A stretch of DNA of 64,000 bases from IMG/VR virus record IMGVR_UViG_3300005689_000056, positions 1 to 64,000 of that record; one strand, written 5' to 3'. Below, in pieces: positions 1 to 10,664 of the stretch (position 1 is the first letter of the stretch; each line of letters begins with the position of its first letter). The notes below the pieces were generated by a model, which worked only from the letters and a program-made list of their open reading frames with translations, was not told the DNA's origin and did no database searches. Position numbers and translations under genes: made by a program. Origin of the DNA: a virus.

Positions 1-66
1 CAAGCAGATGTCGGCATTCGAGTTTTCTGCCTGTCTCGGTGGCTAGGAGATGTGTATAAGAGACAG
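1..66 (+). other. Illumina Nextera P7/i7 adapter remnant (sequencing artefact)
   Basis: 1-24 match CAAGCAGAAGACGGCATACGAGAT with 4 mismatches; 25-32 is the index TTCTGCCT; 33-47 resembles GTCTCGTGGGCTCGG; 48-66 is the exact Tn5 mosaic end AGATGTGTATAAGAGACAG. Confidence 0.97.
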
Positions 67-2431
67 GTATGACCCCCTCGCGCTGGCTCAGCTTGAGCGA
101 GCAGCGGCTATCAACGCGCTGGAGGTAGATCAGCAGAAAGAGCTTGAGCGACTGCAAAAAGCCAAAGCTGCTGACGAGAAGGAATACATCGCTCGTCAGC
201 AGGAATCGCGCGTTCTTGATCAGCAGCGGTTTGAGTTGATGGTAGCGCAGGACCGTCTGACGAAAGCGATTCTGTCCGGGTTGGGGCAGACCGCGAATCA
301 GGATCTATTCGGTACTGACCAGTTGCTCGCCCGCCTCATCAACGCTAAACAGGTTCTGGACTCTATCAATCAAGCCAGAGGCGCTACCCAACAGGAAGCG
401 AATACCGAGGGGGCTACTGGGCCTGTAAGCACCGCTACACTTGAGAGACTGAAGGAACTCAACACCCGGTCGAATGAGGCTAAGGCTGTCTTCGAAAACC
501 TGACAGCAGAAGTAGCCGGCACGGATACAATGGTTCAGGCCTTCGGTAGAAATGCCCGCAATGTAACGCAGCAGCTTGCATCCGCCCCGAACGCCGACGC
601 ATTGTTTGCTGGTATCCGCCGTAATTCTGCGCTTGCTGGGGATAGCCTTAGCGTATTCACTCGCGGGTTGGCTGCGGTAAACACGTCGCTGGACGAGCAG
701 TCCCGCCTCGCCGCACGCTACGCATTCGGTACCCAGATGGCTGCGGCATACAAGCTGTGGGCGCAGAATGCCAGCGCCGCCGCAGAGCAGGCCAAGAACG
801 CCATTAATCAGGCTGTATCTCAGAACCAGCGCGACTTGGACGATCTCGTGAAGTCTGCGGTAGAGGCAGATCAGCGTATTCGCCAGAATCAGAACACGGC
901 TGATCTGCAAGTTAGCGGGCGGAAGCTGGATGCAGCTACTGAGAGAAAGCTATTTGACCTTGACCTTGAGCGGCAGAAAAAACTAGACATCATCCAGTTG
1001 GATGCCGAGTACGGTCGCCTTAGTGATGAGCAGGCTAAGCGCCGTGAATTTGCCATCAAGCAGGAGTTCGATAAGCGTGCTCAGGCCATCCGTGATGTAG
1101 CCGAGGTTCAGCGTACGGCTTCAGAGAAAGATTCACTGTTTATCCAGTTCGAACAGTCACGCGCGGCTGCAGTCAAGCTGCAGGAACAGATGCGCTTCAT
1201 CAACGAGGCGATGAACGATACTGGTCGGTCTCAGAGTGAGAAAGACGGGTTCTTGTCTCAGCAGTCGCGCACGGCTGCAGAGCTTGAGGCGCAACTGCAA
1301 AGCATGGGCAGACTGCTTCAATCGCTCGCGTCTATCGAGCCGGTCGGCGGGAAAATGCTGATTTCAGTAGAGGAGCTTCGGCCCCTACAGGAGGAGCTTG
1401 CAAAACTAACGGCTGCGTCTGGCGGTCTCCGGCTGGACGGGCTTACCAGCGCTCGCCAGCAGCTTGAAAGTCTAGCTAGTAATCTCGACACTGGCCGGGC
1501 AGCAATGGATCTTATGGTGAAAACCTCGGTTGAGGGCTTGCAGAAGATCGCACAAGCCACCAATACCGAGATGCCGGTTATCGCCCGCAACATCGCTGCC
1601 GCGTTCTCCGACCCCGCAATCCAGCAAGCCATCACGGACATGCAGGCTACGCTTAACGCAGGCCTTGTGGATGTTGGCGGTATTCGCTACTCTGCGGAGC
1701 AAGCCCGCACGGACGCAGAGAACTTTGCAGCATTGTGGAAAGAGGCGGCAGGCTCTATCAGCCTCACCGCGCCGGCCATTGCCTACCCGGAAAACCTACC
1801 ACAAGAAGCGCGCTCGTTCATCAGCAAGCTACAGAAAGACTTGGCTATCCCGATCACTCTGAATATCCCGCCAGTGATCGAAACACCGACCACACCCCGC
1901 GTGTCGGCAGACGTTGCGATTGATCCTGACCAGATCCAGAAAGCTATCGATGCCGGTAACTACAAAATTGATGCGGAGATCAACGCTACTGGTGCGAGTA
2001 ACGTGATCGTCCCTCAGAACAATGCGGACGGGGGCTATATCCGGGGGGCTGGTACAGGGCGTAGCGACTCCATACTGTCTTGGCTGTCGCACCGTGAGTA
2101 CGTGGTTGATGCCAGAACTGTTCGTATGTTTGGTCCGGGGTTCTTCAAGTTCTTGCAATCGGTTGCAAAGTCAGGGGTCAACGTGCTTTCTGCTATCCCG
2201 GCGTTTATGGATGGTGGTATGTTGGGTAGCCGTATCCCACGCACGCCGTCTGTGCTTGCAAGTGCAATACCGAGTGTGCAGAATATCTTCAACCTCGGCG
2301 AGGGTGGGGGTAGTCGCGATGTGATAGATCTCAATCTCAGCGTGAACGGTAAGCCCCGCAGTCGGGTGTCTGGTAGTAGGGAGCAGGTAGATATGTTGGT
2401 GGAAGCTATTCAGGAACTTCGGAGGGTTTGA
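67..2431 (+). CDS. Tail tape measure protein, C-terminal part (5' truncated)
   Basis: Long Ala/Gln/Glu-rich helical ORF ending in the typical TMP motifs ADGGYIRGAGTGRSDSI...EYVV and F-x-DGG; the ORF-track start MCIRDR is adapter-derived. Confidence 0.88.
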
Positions 2432-2817
2432 TGTCTGTCATTACGATAGCGGGGGTGGTACTACCTAAGCGTATCCCTTGGGTGGATCAGTTTTCCTTCT
2501 CCCCAGCCACACATGCGGCACGCCGTACGCTGGGGGGTAAGCTGGTTCTACATACGTCACCTCTGCATGGTGGACGGCCTATCACCTTGAGTACACAAGA
2601 GGATCAAGGATGGGTACCCTACAGTCAGGTTCTGCAGCTTCAGGCCCTGAGTGAGGCGGTAGATACTGTGTATAATCTGCAAATCGGTTCCGAGACGTTC
2701 GAGGTGGTGTTTCGGCATTCGGAGCCGCCAGCTTTTGAAGCTACGCCCCTCATTCCGCGCACCGTACCGTCTGCGGATGATTGGTTCAAAGTCACTATGA
2801 AATTTCTAACCGTGTAG
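2431..2817 (+). CDS. Putative distal tail / tail tip protein
   Basis: TGATG coupling to the TMP gene; RRTLGGKLV...GRPITL pattern seen in small proteins following TMP. Confidence 0.6.
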   Translation: MSVITIAGVVLPKRIPWVDQFSFSPATHAARRTLGGKLVLHTSPLHGGRPITLSTQEDQGWVPYSQVLQLQALSEAVDTVYNLQIGSETFEVVFRHSEPPAFEATPLIPRTVPSADDWFKVTMKFLTV

Positions 2818-2828
2818 GAGCACAGACG

Positions 2829-3845
2829 ATGAGTATCGAGGCTAGCCATATCGTGTGGCGTAAAGCTGCAGTAAATGACGACAGCGCCAGTAACGGTGGT
2901 CGGATGACGGCTACAGTTATCCCCTCCGGTACGAAAAACAATATCTGGCCGGACGTACCGCAAGCGGAGCGACTGAGCGGGTCCACGAAATACCGCAAGG
3001 TCTTCATTCACGTTGCGAACGATGATGACCTGACGTTGATCAATCCGCGCCTGTTTGTCAGCCGACCCACACCCGGAGACGACGCCGTTGTGATTTTCCC
3101 GGGCAGCTTCACTGACGACCAGACAGCCGCAAGCGCGTACTCCGGGGCTGTATACGGTGGCGGTATTCTCGACGCATCCGTGCTGGCCGGGGCCACGCAA
3201 CTCTACGTGATGACCGAGGGGCAGGCTCTTGGTTGCTTTCAGCCGGGTATGAAGATCTTCATCTCCAACACGGAGCCCGGCGGTGGCGGCACTGAGGAGT
3301 ACGCAACCATTGCGGCGGGTGGGGTCAGCTACTCGGGCGGAGACGTGGCACTCATTACGGTGACCGCACCTATCGCTAACCCGTACAGTGCTGGAGCTAC
3401 CCGCGTGTCTTCGGTGTATGAGCCCGGCAGCATTGTCGGTAGCTTCACCAACTTCGCTGTAACGTCTGTGGGTGGTGCGTACAACAGCGTAACGCACCCC
3501 ATCGAGGTCGATAGCATTGGTGGGGTATTCCAGAACTGGACGATCACATTTACCAGCGCCACCAACTACACGATTACCGCTGATACACCGGGCGTGGCGA
3601 CTGCGGTATCCGGCTATACGGGTTCGAGGTCGGCTGACTTCTCCCCGGTCAACCCAGACTTCGCAAAGCCTTATTTTACGCTGCGTAAGGATGGGTTCTC
3701 TGGTACGTTTGTCGCTGGTAATACGATCACGTTCCGTACGGTACCAGCAGCCGTGCCGGTTTGGTACAAACGGATCATCCCTGCGGCGGCTGGGTCTCTG
3801 TCCGGTAACTACGTGACCGTGGCAGTCGACGGGGAATCCGAATAA
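2829..3845 (+). CDS. Virion tail protein (paralog family with 7634, 8427, 24694)
   Basis: AGGAG RBS; NGGRM...NNIWPDV...G..KYRKVFI motif shared with the paralogs. Confidence 0.7.
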   Translation: MSIEASHIVWRKAAVNDDSASNGGRMTATVIPSGTKNNIWPDVPQAERLSGSTKYRKVFIHVANDDDLTLINPRLFVSRPTPGDDAVVIFPGSFTDDQTAASAYSGAVYGGGILDASVLAGATQLYVMTEGQALGCFQPGMKIFISNTEPGGGGTEEYATIAAGGVSYSGGDVALITVTAPIANPYSAGATRVSSVYEPGSIVGSFTNFAVTSVGGAYNSVTHPIEVDSIGGVFQNWTITFTSATNYTITADTPGVATAVSGYTGSRSADFSPVNPDFAKPYFTLRKDGFSGTFVAGNTITFRTVPAAVPVWYKRIIPAAAGSLSGNYVTVAVDGESE

Positions 3846-3925
3846 CCAACCTCCGCTCTTAGCGGTACCGGGCACGACGTTGCAATCGATTGCAATCTCG
3901 TGCCTTTATTTTTTCCGGGGGCGGT

Positions 3926-5224
3926 ATGTCATCTATCGTAAAAGCAAGCACAGTACTCAACTTCAGTGAATCGAACGATGGGCAGATACGGCTTGAGGAG
4001 GAGAGCAGGAACAACAGCAAGGTACCACCGACCGTGAAAACGGAAAGCGGGTATTCCGTGTCGTGCCAGAATGTCACTCAAGTGCGGATGTATAAGTCGC
4101 CCGGCTTGACCGTAAGTGTGGCGGTCGGCACGGGCACCATCGTACACATCGGTAATACGGTGGAAACCGGCGTTCAAGAACTGGTCACCTTGACACTCGA
4201 TAACCAGTCACATGAACTCCCGCCTTGGGCCATCAACATCCAGTATGCGCTGATAGGTAGCGTCATCACACCTACAGGCCCCGCCGCCAAGATCAGTTTC
4301 AATAGCGCTACACGGACGCTATCGGCTGATAGGCCGTGTTTTGCAATCTACCGTGTCACCTACGACGCACCCTACGCGCTCTATCGCTACACCTTCTCGG
4401 GTGCATGCCCAGTACGGCCACCGCCGCAATTTGACTTGCAAGGTAACGCTATTGACCCGCTCACACTCAGTGCTGTGCGTTACTTTGATGAAGGCCTTAT
4501 CTATGCGGTAGATAGCACATATACCGTATCTACGGTGCTCACTCTCGACCCTCCGGAATGTGAGTGGGGGGTGGTCGGTGTGAGGTTCAACGATAGCGCC
4601 GTGGAGGAGAAACTACCTGATATGGTTCTCGAGATAGATCCGGAGTACCCCATCCGGTTCATCCGGGCTGGTGACAATATCCAGCTTGCCGGATCTGTGC
4701 GCGTTTACCCTCGCGGGGTCATTGAGTCGGTGGAGGCGACCTACGGTCATACCGCGTATGGTGGTAGTGATGCCTACATGGCCGTAGAGGAAGCATTGGT
4801 ATTCAACAACACGGCTATCCAGACGCTGAAGTACCCGCCGCTCGGGGATGTAAGTACAACGATTCGACGCATCCACGGCCAGAGTGACTGGGTAGCACAG
4901 CTAAACACAATCGCCACACCGGGCCAGACCATTACCGATGTCACGTGGTCGGAGGACGGACAGAGCTACAGCAACCCTAGGGCTAGAATGCTCAACCCTA
5001 CCGAGATCTGTTGTGTGGATAGCTTCCGGCACCCGGTCAAGATCTTAGGCTATGTGAATGCCCGATACCACACCAGTTTTGAGCGTATAGACTACTATTT
5101 CGAGTGGGATGCGGAGAATTCGCAATTCCATCAAGCGGTGCTGATCGTGAAAGGCACCGAAGGTCGGGGGGCAAGCATCACTATGAGCCCTTTGTCTATG
5201 AAGTCAAGAACACGGGGAAGCTGA
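3926..5224 (+). CDS. Putative tail/virion structural protein
   Basis: Beta-rich ORF in the tail module, translationally coupled to the next gene. Confidence 0.6.
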   Translation: MSSIVKASTVLNFSESNDGQIRLEEESRNNSKVPPTVKTESGYSVSCQNVTQVRMYKSPGLTVSVAVGTGTIVHIGNTVETGVQELVTLTLDNQSHELPPWAINIQYALIGSVITPTGPAAKISFNSATRTLSADRPCFAIYRVTYDAPYALYRYTFSGACPVRPPPQFDLQGNAIDPLTLSAVRYFDEGLIYAVDSTYTVSTVLTLDPPECEWGVVGVRFNDSAVEEKLPDMVLEIDPEYPIRFIRAGDNIQLAGSVRVYPRGVIESVEATYGHTAYGGSDAYMAVEEALVFNNTAIQTLKYPPLGDVSTTIRRIHGQSDWVAQLNTIATPGQTITDVTWSEDGQSYSNPRARMLNPTEICCVDSFRHPVKILGYVNARYHTSFERIDYYFEWDAENSQFHQAVLIVKGTEGRGASITMSPLSMKSRTRGS

Positions 5225-5613
5225 TGGATACCAGACCACCGTTTGAGTACTACAAGGAATACTACCGCCTGTACGCGGTACTTTACGCCACTGACGAGGG
5301 GTTGTTTAAGGAAGTGCCTGATGACCTGTCGTCCGCACAGATAGGAATCGAGGTTGTATATCGTATCTGCCTAGGTACCGATGGCGGGGAGGTACGAGTT
5401 ATCGATTTCTACAACGCGCCGGCCATGGACAAGGATCGCCAGACTGGCGGGCCAGTGATGGTTGACGATGCGGAGTGGTACGTAGAGCCCGGCGACTCCA
5501 CTACTCCGCTTGTGTTGATAAGGCGGGTGAGTGGGTTCTTTGATGAGGACGGTCTTGCTAGGCTATCCGCTATGCACGCGGTAGCAGAGATACAGGAGGG
5601 GATACTGCCGTGA
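5224..5613 (+). CDS. Hypothetical protein (tail module)
   Basis: TGATG coupling upstream, GTGA coupling downstream. Confidence 0.6.
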   Translation: MDTRPPFEYYKEYYRLYAVLYATDEGLFKEVPDDLSSAQIGIEVVYRICLGTDGGEVRVIDFYNAPAMDKDRQTGGPVMVDDAEWYVEPGDSTTPLVLIRRVSGFFDEDGLARLSAMHAVAEIQEGILP

Positions 5614-7634
5614 CCCTGTCTGCCTTTAACGTTCAGTCACCGTACGGAGTAATTCGTGAGTACCGACCAATCGAATTTAAAGGATTCTTCCTACACCCCA
5701 AGTCCGACTCCGCCCCTGAAGGCTGGACATATACTCCCGGCGCAGAACCCCCCCAGAGTAAGCCGGGAGAAGCCGGAGGTAGTGCACCTTACCGGTTCAT
5801 CGGAAAACCCCCGACTAGACCTTGGGTGTGCTACCACACTCCGGGGACATTCCTCTACGGAGAGGTGGATTGGCGCGGGAGATGGAAGGACACAGACAAA
5901 CTCCACAGAGGACGGTACAGGCTGAGCTACCATGGTCCTGCTAGTAGGTACTTCGTAGATCCCGAGTTTTCCTATGGGTCTTCTGATACGCACAACAATA
6001 TCTACGAGGAGGGGCGCTGTATAGCGGTTGCTCCTTTCCCTGTACTGGGTGCATGCTTGCGCTTGATGCAGGACGCACATCACCTAGCTATGGGTGGTAT
6101 AGATCCGCCTATGATCTGGTACGTGATTGCTGTATGCAAGGACGGCAACCGGGATGTAGTCTTGCGCAAACCACGACGCGCAGGTGTTTTAGGCCCTGAC
6201 TACACAGACGAGTTCAGGGCAGCGTCTATGCGCATGTATGACAAGGATGAGGCGCCTGACGGTTGGCTTGAGTTAGGGTCGGCCACACTCAGTACAGCTA
6301 CGCAAGGCACGAATTGTGCAGTTAATATAGCTAAGACTCCGTGGTTTTTTAACTCTGAAGGTACGCAAGCTGCGTGCGTTCGCGAGTGTGAGTTCGACAT
6401 GGATGGCGGGGCGGCAATAGGCACCGTGCGACGTAGCGGATACAACGTATTCACTATGAACGTGTCCGAGCACTACGCCAGCTTTGCTGACCTGCGAAAC
6501 GACCCCGGGTACGGCTACACGCTGACTGTCAAAACATCCAAAGAGGATGAGCTTCGTGTAGTAACGAAGTGGCCCTACACTACATCACGACCCGCACTTG
6601 AGCACTCTTGGGATGTCTATGTGGTAGATCTCGAACTGCGATGCCTCGGGGAATATACTGTAGGTGTGGATTATCGAGATAACACATTCGTGCGTCTTAG
6701 GGTCAAGTCTGACATAAAGCGTACGCAAAAACAGAACATGTATTTTGGTACCGACCCCATACCACACCCTGAGTCGGCTCTTGCCGGCGACAGCAATGCG
6801 GGCGATAAGTACGGGGATATCTACAACTACGAAGGTCCGGATCGCGGTGAGCTATCTGGGGCTACAGAGCAGTGGGCCGCAGTAAACGATAAAGTGTTCT
6901 TGGACTTCTCGGGTGACGGTACCGATACGCATTGGCTATATCGTCGGTTCTCCGGTAGCCGTACTGAGTTCATGACTGGCGTATCCGACCCAGAAGATCA
7001 GAATCTCTACTACGTGTGGAAGCTGAACACATACCCACACCATGTCGATGTGCGTACCCCACACATCATCAGCTATGTGGAGGAAGACGTAATGCAGATG
7101 CTGGCGTACCCGGCACCCGTAGCGCACTATGAGTCCGAGCAGCATTACTACATCGGGGAGGGTAATGATTACAAAAAGATCATGGAGCGCCGGATAGAGG
7201 ACACTTTCGCCTCTGCGGGCGGGGAGGCTACGGGTATTGGTCGCGGTTGGCTATTCAGTGATGTTGTGGATGGCCGATACACGATAGGTACTACCACTAC
7301 CGTGTCTTTCAAGGACGTAGACATTCCTATACCACTGGAACTGGACTACGACTGGCCGGAGAATGTACCCAGCCTGTCGGAGTCCTACTATAATCAGATA
7401 TACAGCCTTGGCGACGGTATGTACCCGCTGCGGGACATGTTGCAATCGATTGCAAAAAACGTGCGGGTAGGAGGGTACGGCGTCGATGACTTTGAAAACG
7501 CGGCAGTATCCATGCAGTACGTGGATCACGAGTACCAGACGAAGCAATACAACTTTCTGACAGGCGGAGACCTAGGCTCGGTCACCTCCGCTGATGGCGA
7601 GAATCAGCGTTTCTACAAACTAGGAGTTTCATAA
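5610..7634 (+). CDS. Putative virion structural protein
   Basis: 674-aa ORF, AGGAGG upstream, position in tail module. Confidence 0.6.
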   Translation: MTLSAFNVQSPYGVIREYRPIEFKGFFLHPKSDSAPEGWTYTPGAEPPQSKPGEAGGSAPYRFIGKPPTRPWVCYHTPGTFLYGEVDWRGRWKDTDKLHRGRYRLSYHGPASRYFVDPEFSYGSSDTHNNIYEEGRCIAVAPFPVLGACLRLMQDAHHLAMGGIDPPMIWYVIAVCKDGNRDVVLRKPRRAGVLGPDYTDEFRAASMRMYDKDEAPDGWLELGSATLSTATQGTNCAVNIAKTPWFFNSEGTQAACVRECEFDMDGGAAIGTVRRSGYNVFTMNVSEHYASFADLRNDPGYGYTLTVKTSKEDELRVVTKWPYTTSRPALEHSWDVYVVDLELRCLGEYTVGVDYRDNTFVRLRVKSDIKRTQKQNMYFGTDPIPHPESALAGDSNAGDKYGDIYNYEGPDRGELSGATEQWAAVNDKVFLDFSGDGTDTHWLYRRFSGSRTEFMTGVSDPEDQNLYYVWKLNTYPHHVDVRTPHIISYVEEDVMQMLAYPAPVAHYESEQHYYIGEGNDYKKIMERRIEDTFASAGGEATGIGRGWLFSDVVDGRYTIGTTTTVSFKDVDIPIPLELDYDWPENVPSLSESYYNQIYSLGDGMYPLRDMLQSIAKNVRVGGYGVDDFENAAVSMQYVDHEYQTKQYNFLTGGDLGSVTSADGENQRFYKLGVS

Positions 7635-8425
7635 TGGCAATCAGTATCGGCGATATTCAGGTAGTGTATTCGGGCGGTGCAGGTAACACTGACCCGCTTC
7701 TGTCCCTCGGCGGCGCGATCTCTACGGCGGGTGGGCGCCGTGTAGTATCGCAGCTAGCTACTGCACCCGTGCTGGTTACCGGGGTGACCATTATCGATGC
7801 ATTCGGTAACAGTCCCGGCATCGGTACGCTGGAGTACACACACAGCACCTCCGCCCTGACGTGGAGACCCAATGGCGTGCCTGTAGCTACCGGCGTTGTA
7901 CTGTCCGGGGACGGGATCTATACGCTCGGTACGGCGGATGGCTATCTTGTAGTGTCGGTTGTCTATGCCTCCCGCCCCACTGCCAACGTGTCTGACGGTA
8001 TCACGATCAGCAACGCACCGAATCGGACGTTCGATAACGTGTCCGCTATGCAGTCTCTAGCGGGCCTTACTGAGTATCGTTGTTTCTACATCGTGAATAC
8101 GGCAGCATCAGGGATTGCGTACTCGCCGAAGATCTGGATCAAGCAGCAGCCCGTAGGGGCGGATACGCTGGCTATCGCCCTCGACCCGACGAAGAGCAAG
8201 AATGAGGTAGCTCGCGGGCCGCTGGTTGATGAAGCTGACAGTACTAATGTGCTCTCGGGGCTCAGCTTCTCTGCCCCTAGTAGCCAAGCTGCCGGGCTTG
8301 AACTTACTTCGGCTCTCGCGCCGGGTGAGTATCACCATTTCTGGATGCGTCGCGTAGTACCTCCTGATACCACCACGCAGGTGATTAACAACCACTCGTC
8401 GCTCGGCATCTCGGCGCTGATGTAA
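7634..8425 (+). CDS. Virion tail protein (paralog family)
   Basis: SGGAGNTDP..SLGGAIS, FDNV...AG.TEYRCFYI.N and L.PG....FW motifs shared with 24694. Confidence 0.7.
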   Translation: MAISIGDIQVVYSGGAGNTDPLLSLGGAISTAGGRRVVSQLATAPVLVTGVTIIDAFGNSPGIGTLEYTHSTSALTWRPNGVPVATGVVLSGDGIYTLGTADGYLVVSVVYASRPTANVSDGITISNAPNRTFDNVSAMQSLAGLTEYRCFYIVNTAASGIAYSPKIWIKQQPVGADTLAIALDPTKSKNEVARGPLVDEADSTNVLSGLSFSAPSSQAAGLELTSALAPGEYHHFWMRRVVPPDTTTQVINNHSSLGISALM

Positions 8426-8426
8426 C

Positions 8427-9782
8427 ATGGCTACCGGCGATCTTTTGCTCGTCTACGCAGGCGAGCACACATACAACGAGTCTCTATCCACAGGCGGGCG
8501 CATATCCGCTGTACAGCCTGAGCCTCACCGTAATCTCCGTATAGTGCCGGAGACGGTCACGGGCGGGGTATGGCCTATTCCGGGGTTGGAGGTGCTGGAG
8601 TTTACGCTAGGTAGTAGCGCTTATGATCTGAACGAGCCTATATCTCTCACGGTGGATGTCTACGAGCTAGATTTCTCCAGCCCGTACTACGATATCTCCG
8701 TAGAGTTGTATCAGGCAGTGGCAGGCAGCACGTACTACACTATACGCATGGCTCCAGACAGCACATCGCACCCCGCGACTTTGCGGTGTATCTACGTTAC
8801 CGCGATATACGGTGACAGTGTGAACGACACAGTTATGGTGTGCGATGTAACACCGAGTCTACTTTCGGTAACCAGCCACTACAGGACTGTGTATGCAGAA
8901 CCGCACAGTAATGTCAGCGCGGATGCCATCGGTACTGGTAGATTCCTGTCGCCCCAGTCGCTGCGCACCCCGGCGGGGGCGCCTATAGCTACGGTGTCGT
9001 GTGTCTACAACTACGCAATCACCCTAGCTTTCGCCACCGGCCTATACGACTCTGGCTCCACGCCTGTAGGTACCGGTACTAGCTATTTTGGTATCCGCGT
9101 GACTGTATATAGGTACGGTTCCGAATACCGAGTAGAGACTCAACTACGTACTGCCGCAGGGTCTCTATCCGGTACTCAGGAAGTGGCGGTCACGCCCGGT
9201 ACCGGTATTAAATACGTAAAGCATGTAGTACCTTCTGCGTCAGCAATGGCCGTCATAGCTGTAGACACTGATCGGCTGCAGGATGTGTATTTTGTCGGCT
9301 ACGGAAATATGGGGTACATGGCGTACAGCCAGCTTATGTTCCTGCAGCCTAGTGTCAACCCCATAATACCCACACTTTACGCATCGTCTGCAGGTGGGGA
9401 CAATCCCGGGGAGCATAGGGCGTGGTATGTAGTCAACATGTCAGATACAGAAACGTTAACTGCGTATATCTTCGGAGCCCCCAGCACACCTGCTATAGCC
9501 GGCAGTACGCTTCGTATCCGCGCAGATGCGTCTATACCGGATGTTGAAGTCAGCGGCTGGGGTCTGGTCGGTGACGGTGTTACTACTGGGGTGGTAACCA
9601 TGGTGGGTGGCGGAGCAGACTCTCTGACAGGCACCAGCGGAGTCTATACCCCACACACCCTAGGTACTCTTGAGCCCGGACAGTCTGCTGGTTTCTGGGT
9701 GGAATATAAGACTCCGTACGGGTACTCCGGTCCCGAGATGGTGGCGACTACTGCTTTTGGCGTAACGGATCAAGCGATATGA
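8427..9782 (+). CDS. Putative tail protein (distant member of the paralog family, large insert)
   Basis: STGGRIS near the N-terminus; EHRAWYVVN and LEPGQSAGFWV near the C-terminus. Confidence 0.55.
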   Translation: MATGDLLLVYAGEHTYNESLSTGGRISAVQPEPHRNLRIVPETVTGGVWPIPGLEVLEFTLGSSAYDLNEPISLTVDVYELDFSSPYYDISVELYQAVAGSTYYTIRMAPDSTSHPATLRCIYVTAIYGDSVNDTVMVCDVTPSLLSVTSHYRTVYAEPHSNVSADAIGTGRFLSPQSLRTPAGAPIATVSCVYNYAITLAFATGLYDSGSTPVGTGTSYFGIRVTVYRYGSEYRVETQLRTAAGSLSGTQEVAVTPGTGIKYVKHVVPSASAMAVIAVDTDRLQDVYFVGYGNMGYMAYSQLMFLQPSVNPIIPTLYASSAGGDNPGEHRAWYVVNMSDTETLTAYIFGAPSTPAIAGSTLRIRADASIPDVEVSGWGLVGDGVTTGVVTMVGGGADSLTGTSGVYTPHTLGTLEPGQSAGFWVEYKTPYGYSGPEMVATTAFGVTDQAI

Positions 9783-10189
9783 CCCCGACCTCTACTACCG
9801 TACATCCTGATTTTATACGCCGGTGCTTGGCTGGGATGGTCGATATATCTACCGGCAAGGTTGTGGCGCAGTTGCGTAATAACCTGAACCCGGCGTGGCC
9901 TCTAGGTTCTGCAGATTCTGGGAGGCTGGCAAGTGTAGAGGCGATGTCTTTGCTTGTCAGTTCAACGACTGCAGGTAAGGTACGCATATCCGCCCCGGGT
10001 CCGTTTATATTCAAGAACGCTGCTTGGACATCAGGTGTCCTGTATCTGGCATTCCTACCACAATGGAGTGTGACAGACATTAACCTCACAGAACATGTGA
10101 TCTTCTACAGCACATTTACGGGAGCCGTAGCCGCCTCTGGTCAGCTTCTGGTGATACAGTACCCGAACAACCTTATCTTGGAGATCTAA
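9779..10189 (+). CDS. Hypothetical tail-associated protein
   Basis: ATGA coupling, position. Confidence 0.55.
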   Translation: MTPTSTTVHPDFIRRCLAGMVDISTGKVVAQLRNNLNPAWPLGSADSGRLASVEAMSLLVSSTTAGKVRISAPGPFIFKNAAWTSGVLYLAFLPQWSVTDINLTEHVIFYSTFTGAVAASGQLLVIQYPNNLILEI

Positions 10190-10190
10190 A

Positions 10191-10664
10191 ATGCCGCTGT
10201 TCACCCCGTTCTACTCTGACACATCCTTGGTATTCGACACCACCACGCTGCAAGGCCTGTCCGCTAACGGTGTGCGTAAGTCAGTACCGGTAGATAACTC
10301 AGCCATTAAGGCAGTAGATGTGCGGCTGATGTTGGACATTCAGCTAGGTAGCACGATCAGCGCTGGGGACAGTATCGACCTGTATCTCGCAGCGGCGCAT
10401 GACCTAGATGTGATGACCGACGGGTATGTACCTAACGCTCTGGAGACGACAGCCGTAGGTGTGCCGGTGTATTCTGAACCTATCATATCCATCCCGGCAC
10501 CGGGCGGGTTTGGTTACATTCGCTGGGAGGCGTCGCTGCTCTCGTACGTGTCTAGTCTCCCGCGCTACTTCTCCATCGTATTCCACAACAAAACCAGCAG
10601 TGCCATGAATTCGTCACATCAGCAGCGACTGACTTGGATCTTCACTACATACGAGTACGCGTAA
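10191..10664 (+). CDS. Hypothetical tail-associated protein
   Basis: GGAG RBS; coupled to the next gene by TAATG. Confidence 0.55.
   Translation: MPLFTPFYSDTSLVFDTTTLQGLSANGVRKSVPVDNSAIKAVDVRLMLDIQLGSTISAGDSIDLYLAAAHDLDVMTDGYVPNALETTAVGVPVYSEPIISIPAPGGFGYIRWEASLLSYVSSLPRYFSIVFHNKTSSAMNSSHQQRLTWIFTTYEYA

Noticed and set aside
50-67. ORF start MCIRDR
   Set aside because: Translation of the Tn5 mosaic end; the real TMP start lies outside the window
2640-3875. 411-aa minus-strand ORF
   Set aside because: Overlaps well-supported + strand tail genes and has no recognisable motifs
7440-7455. Recurrent LQSIA peptide as a protein motif
   Set aside because: It is the translation of the DNA palindrome, which also occurs in other frames and between genes
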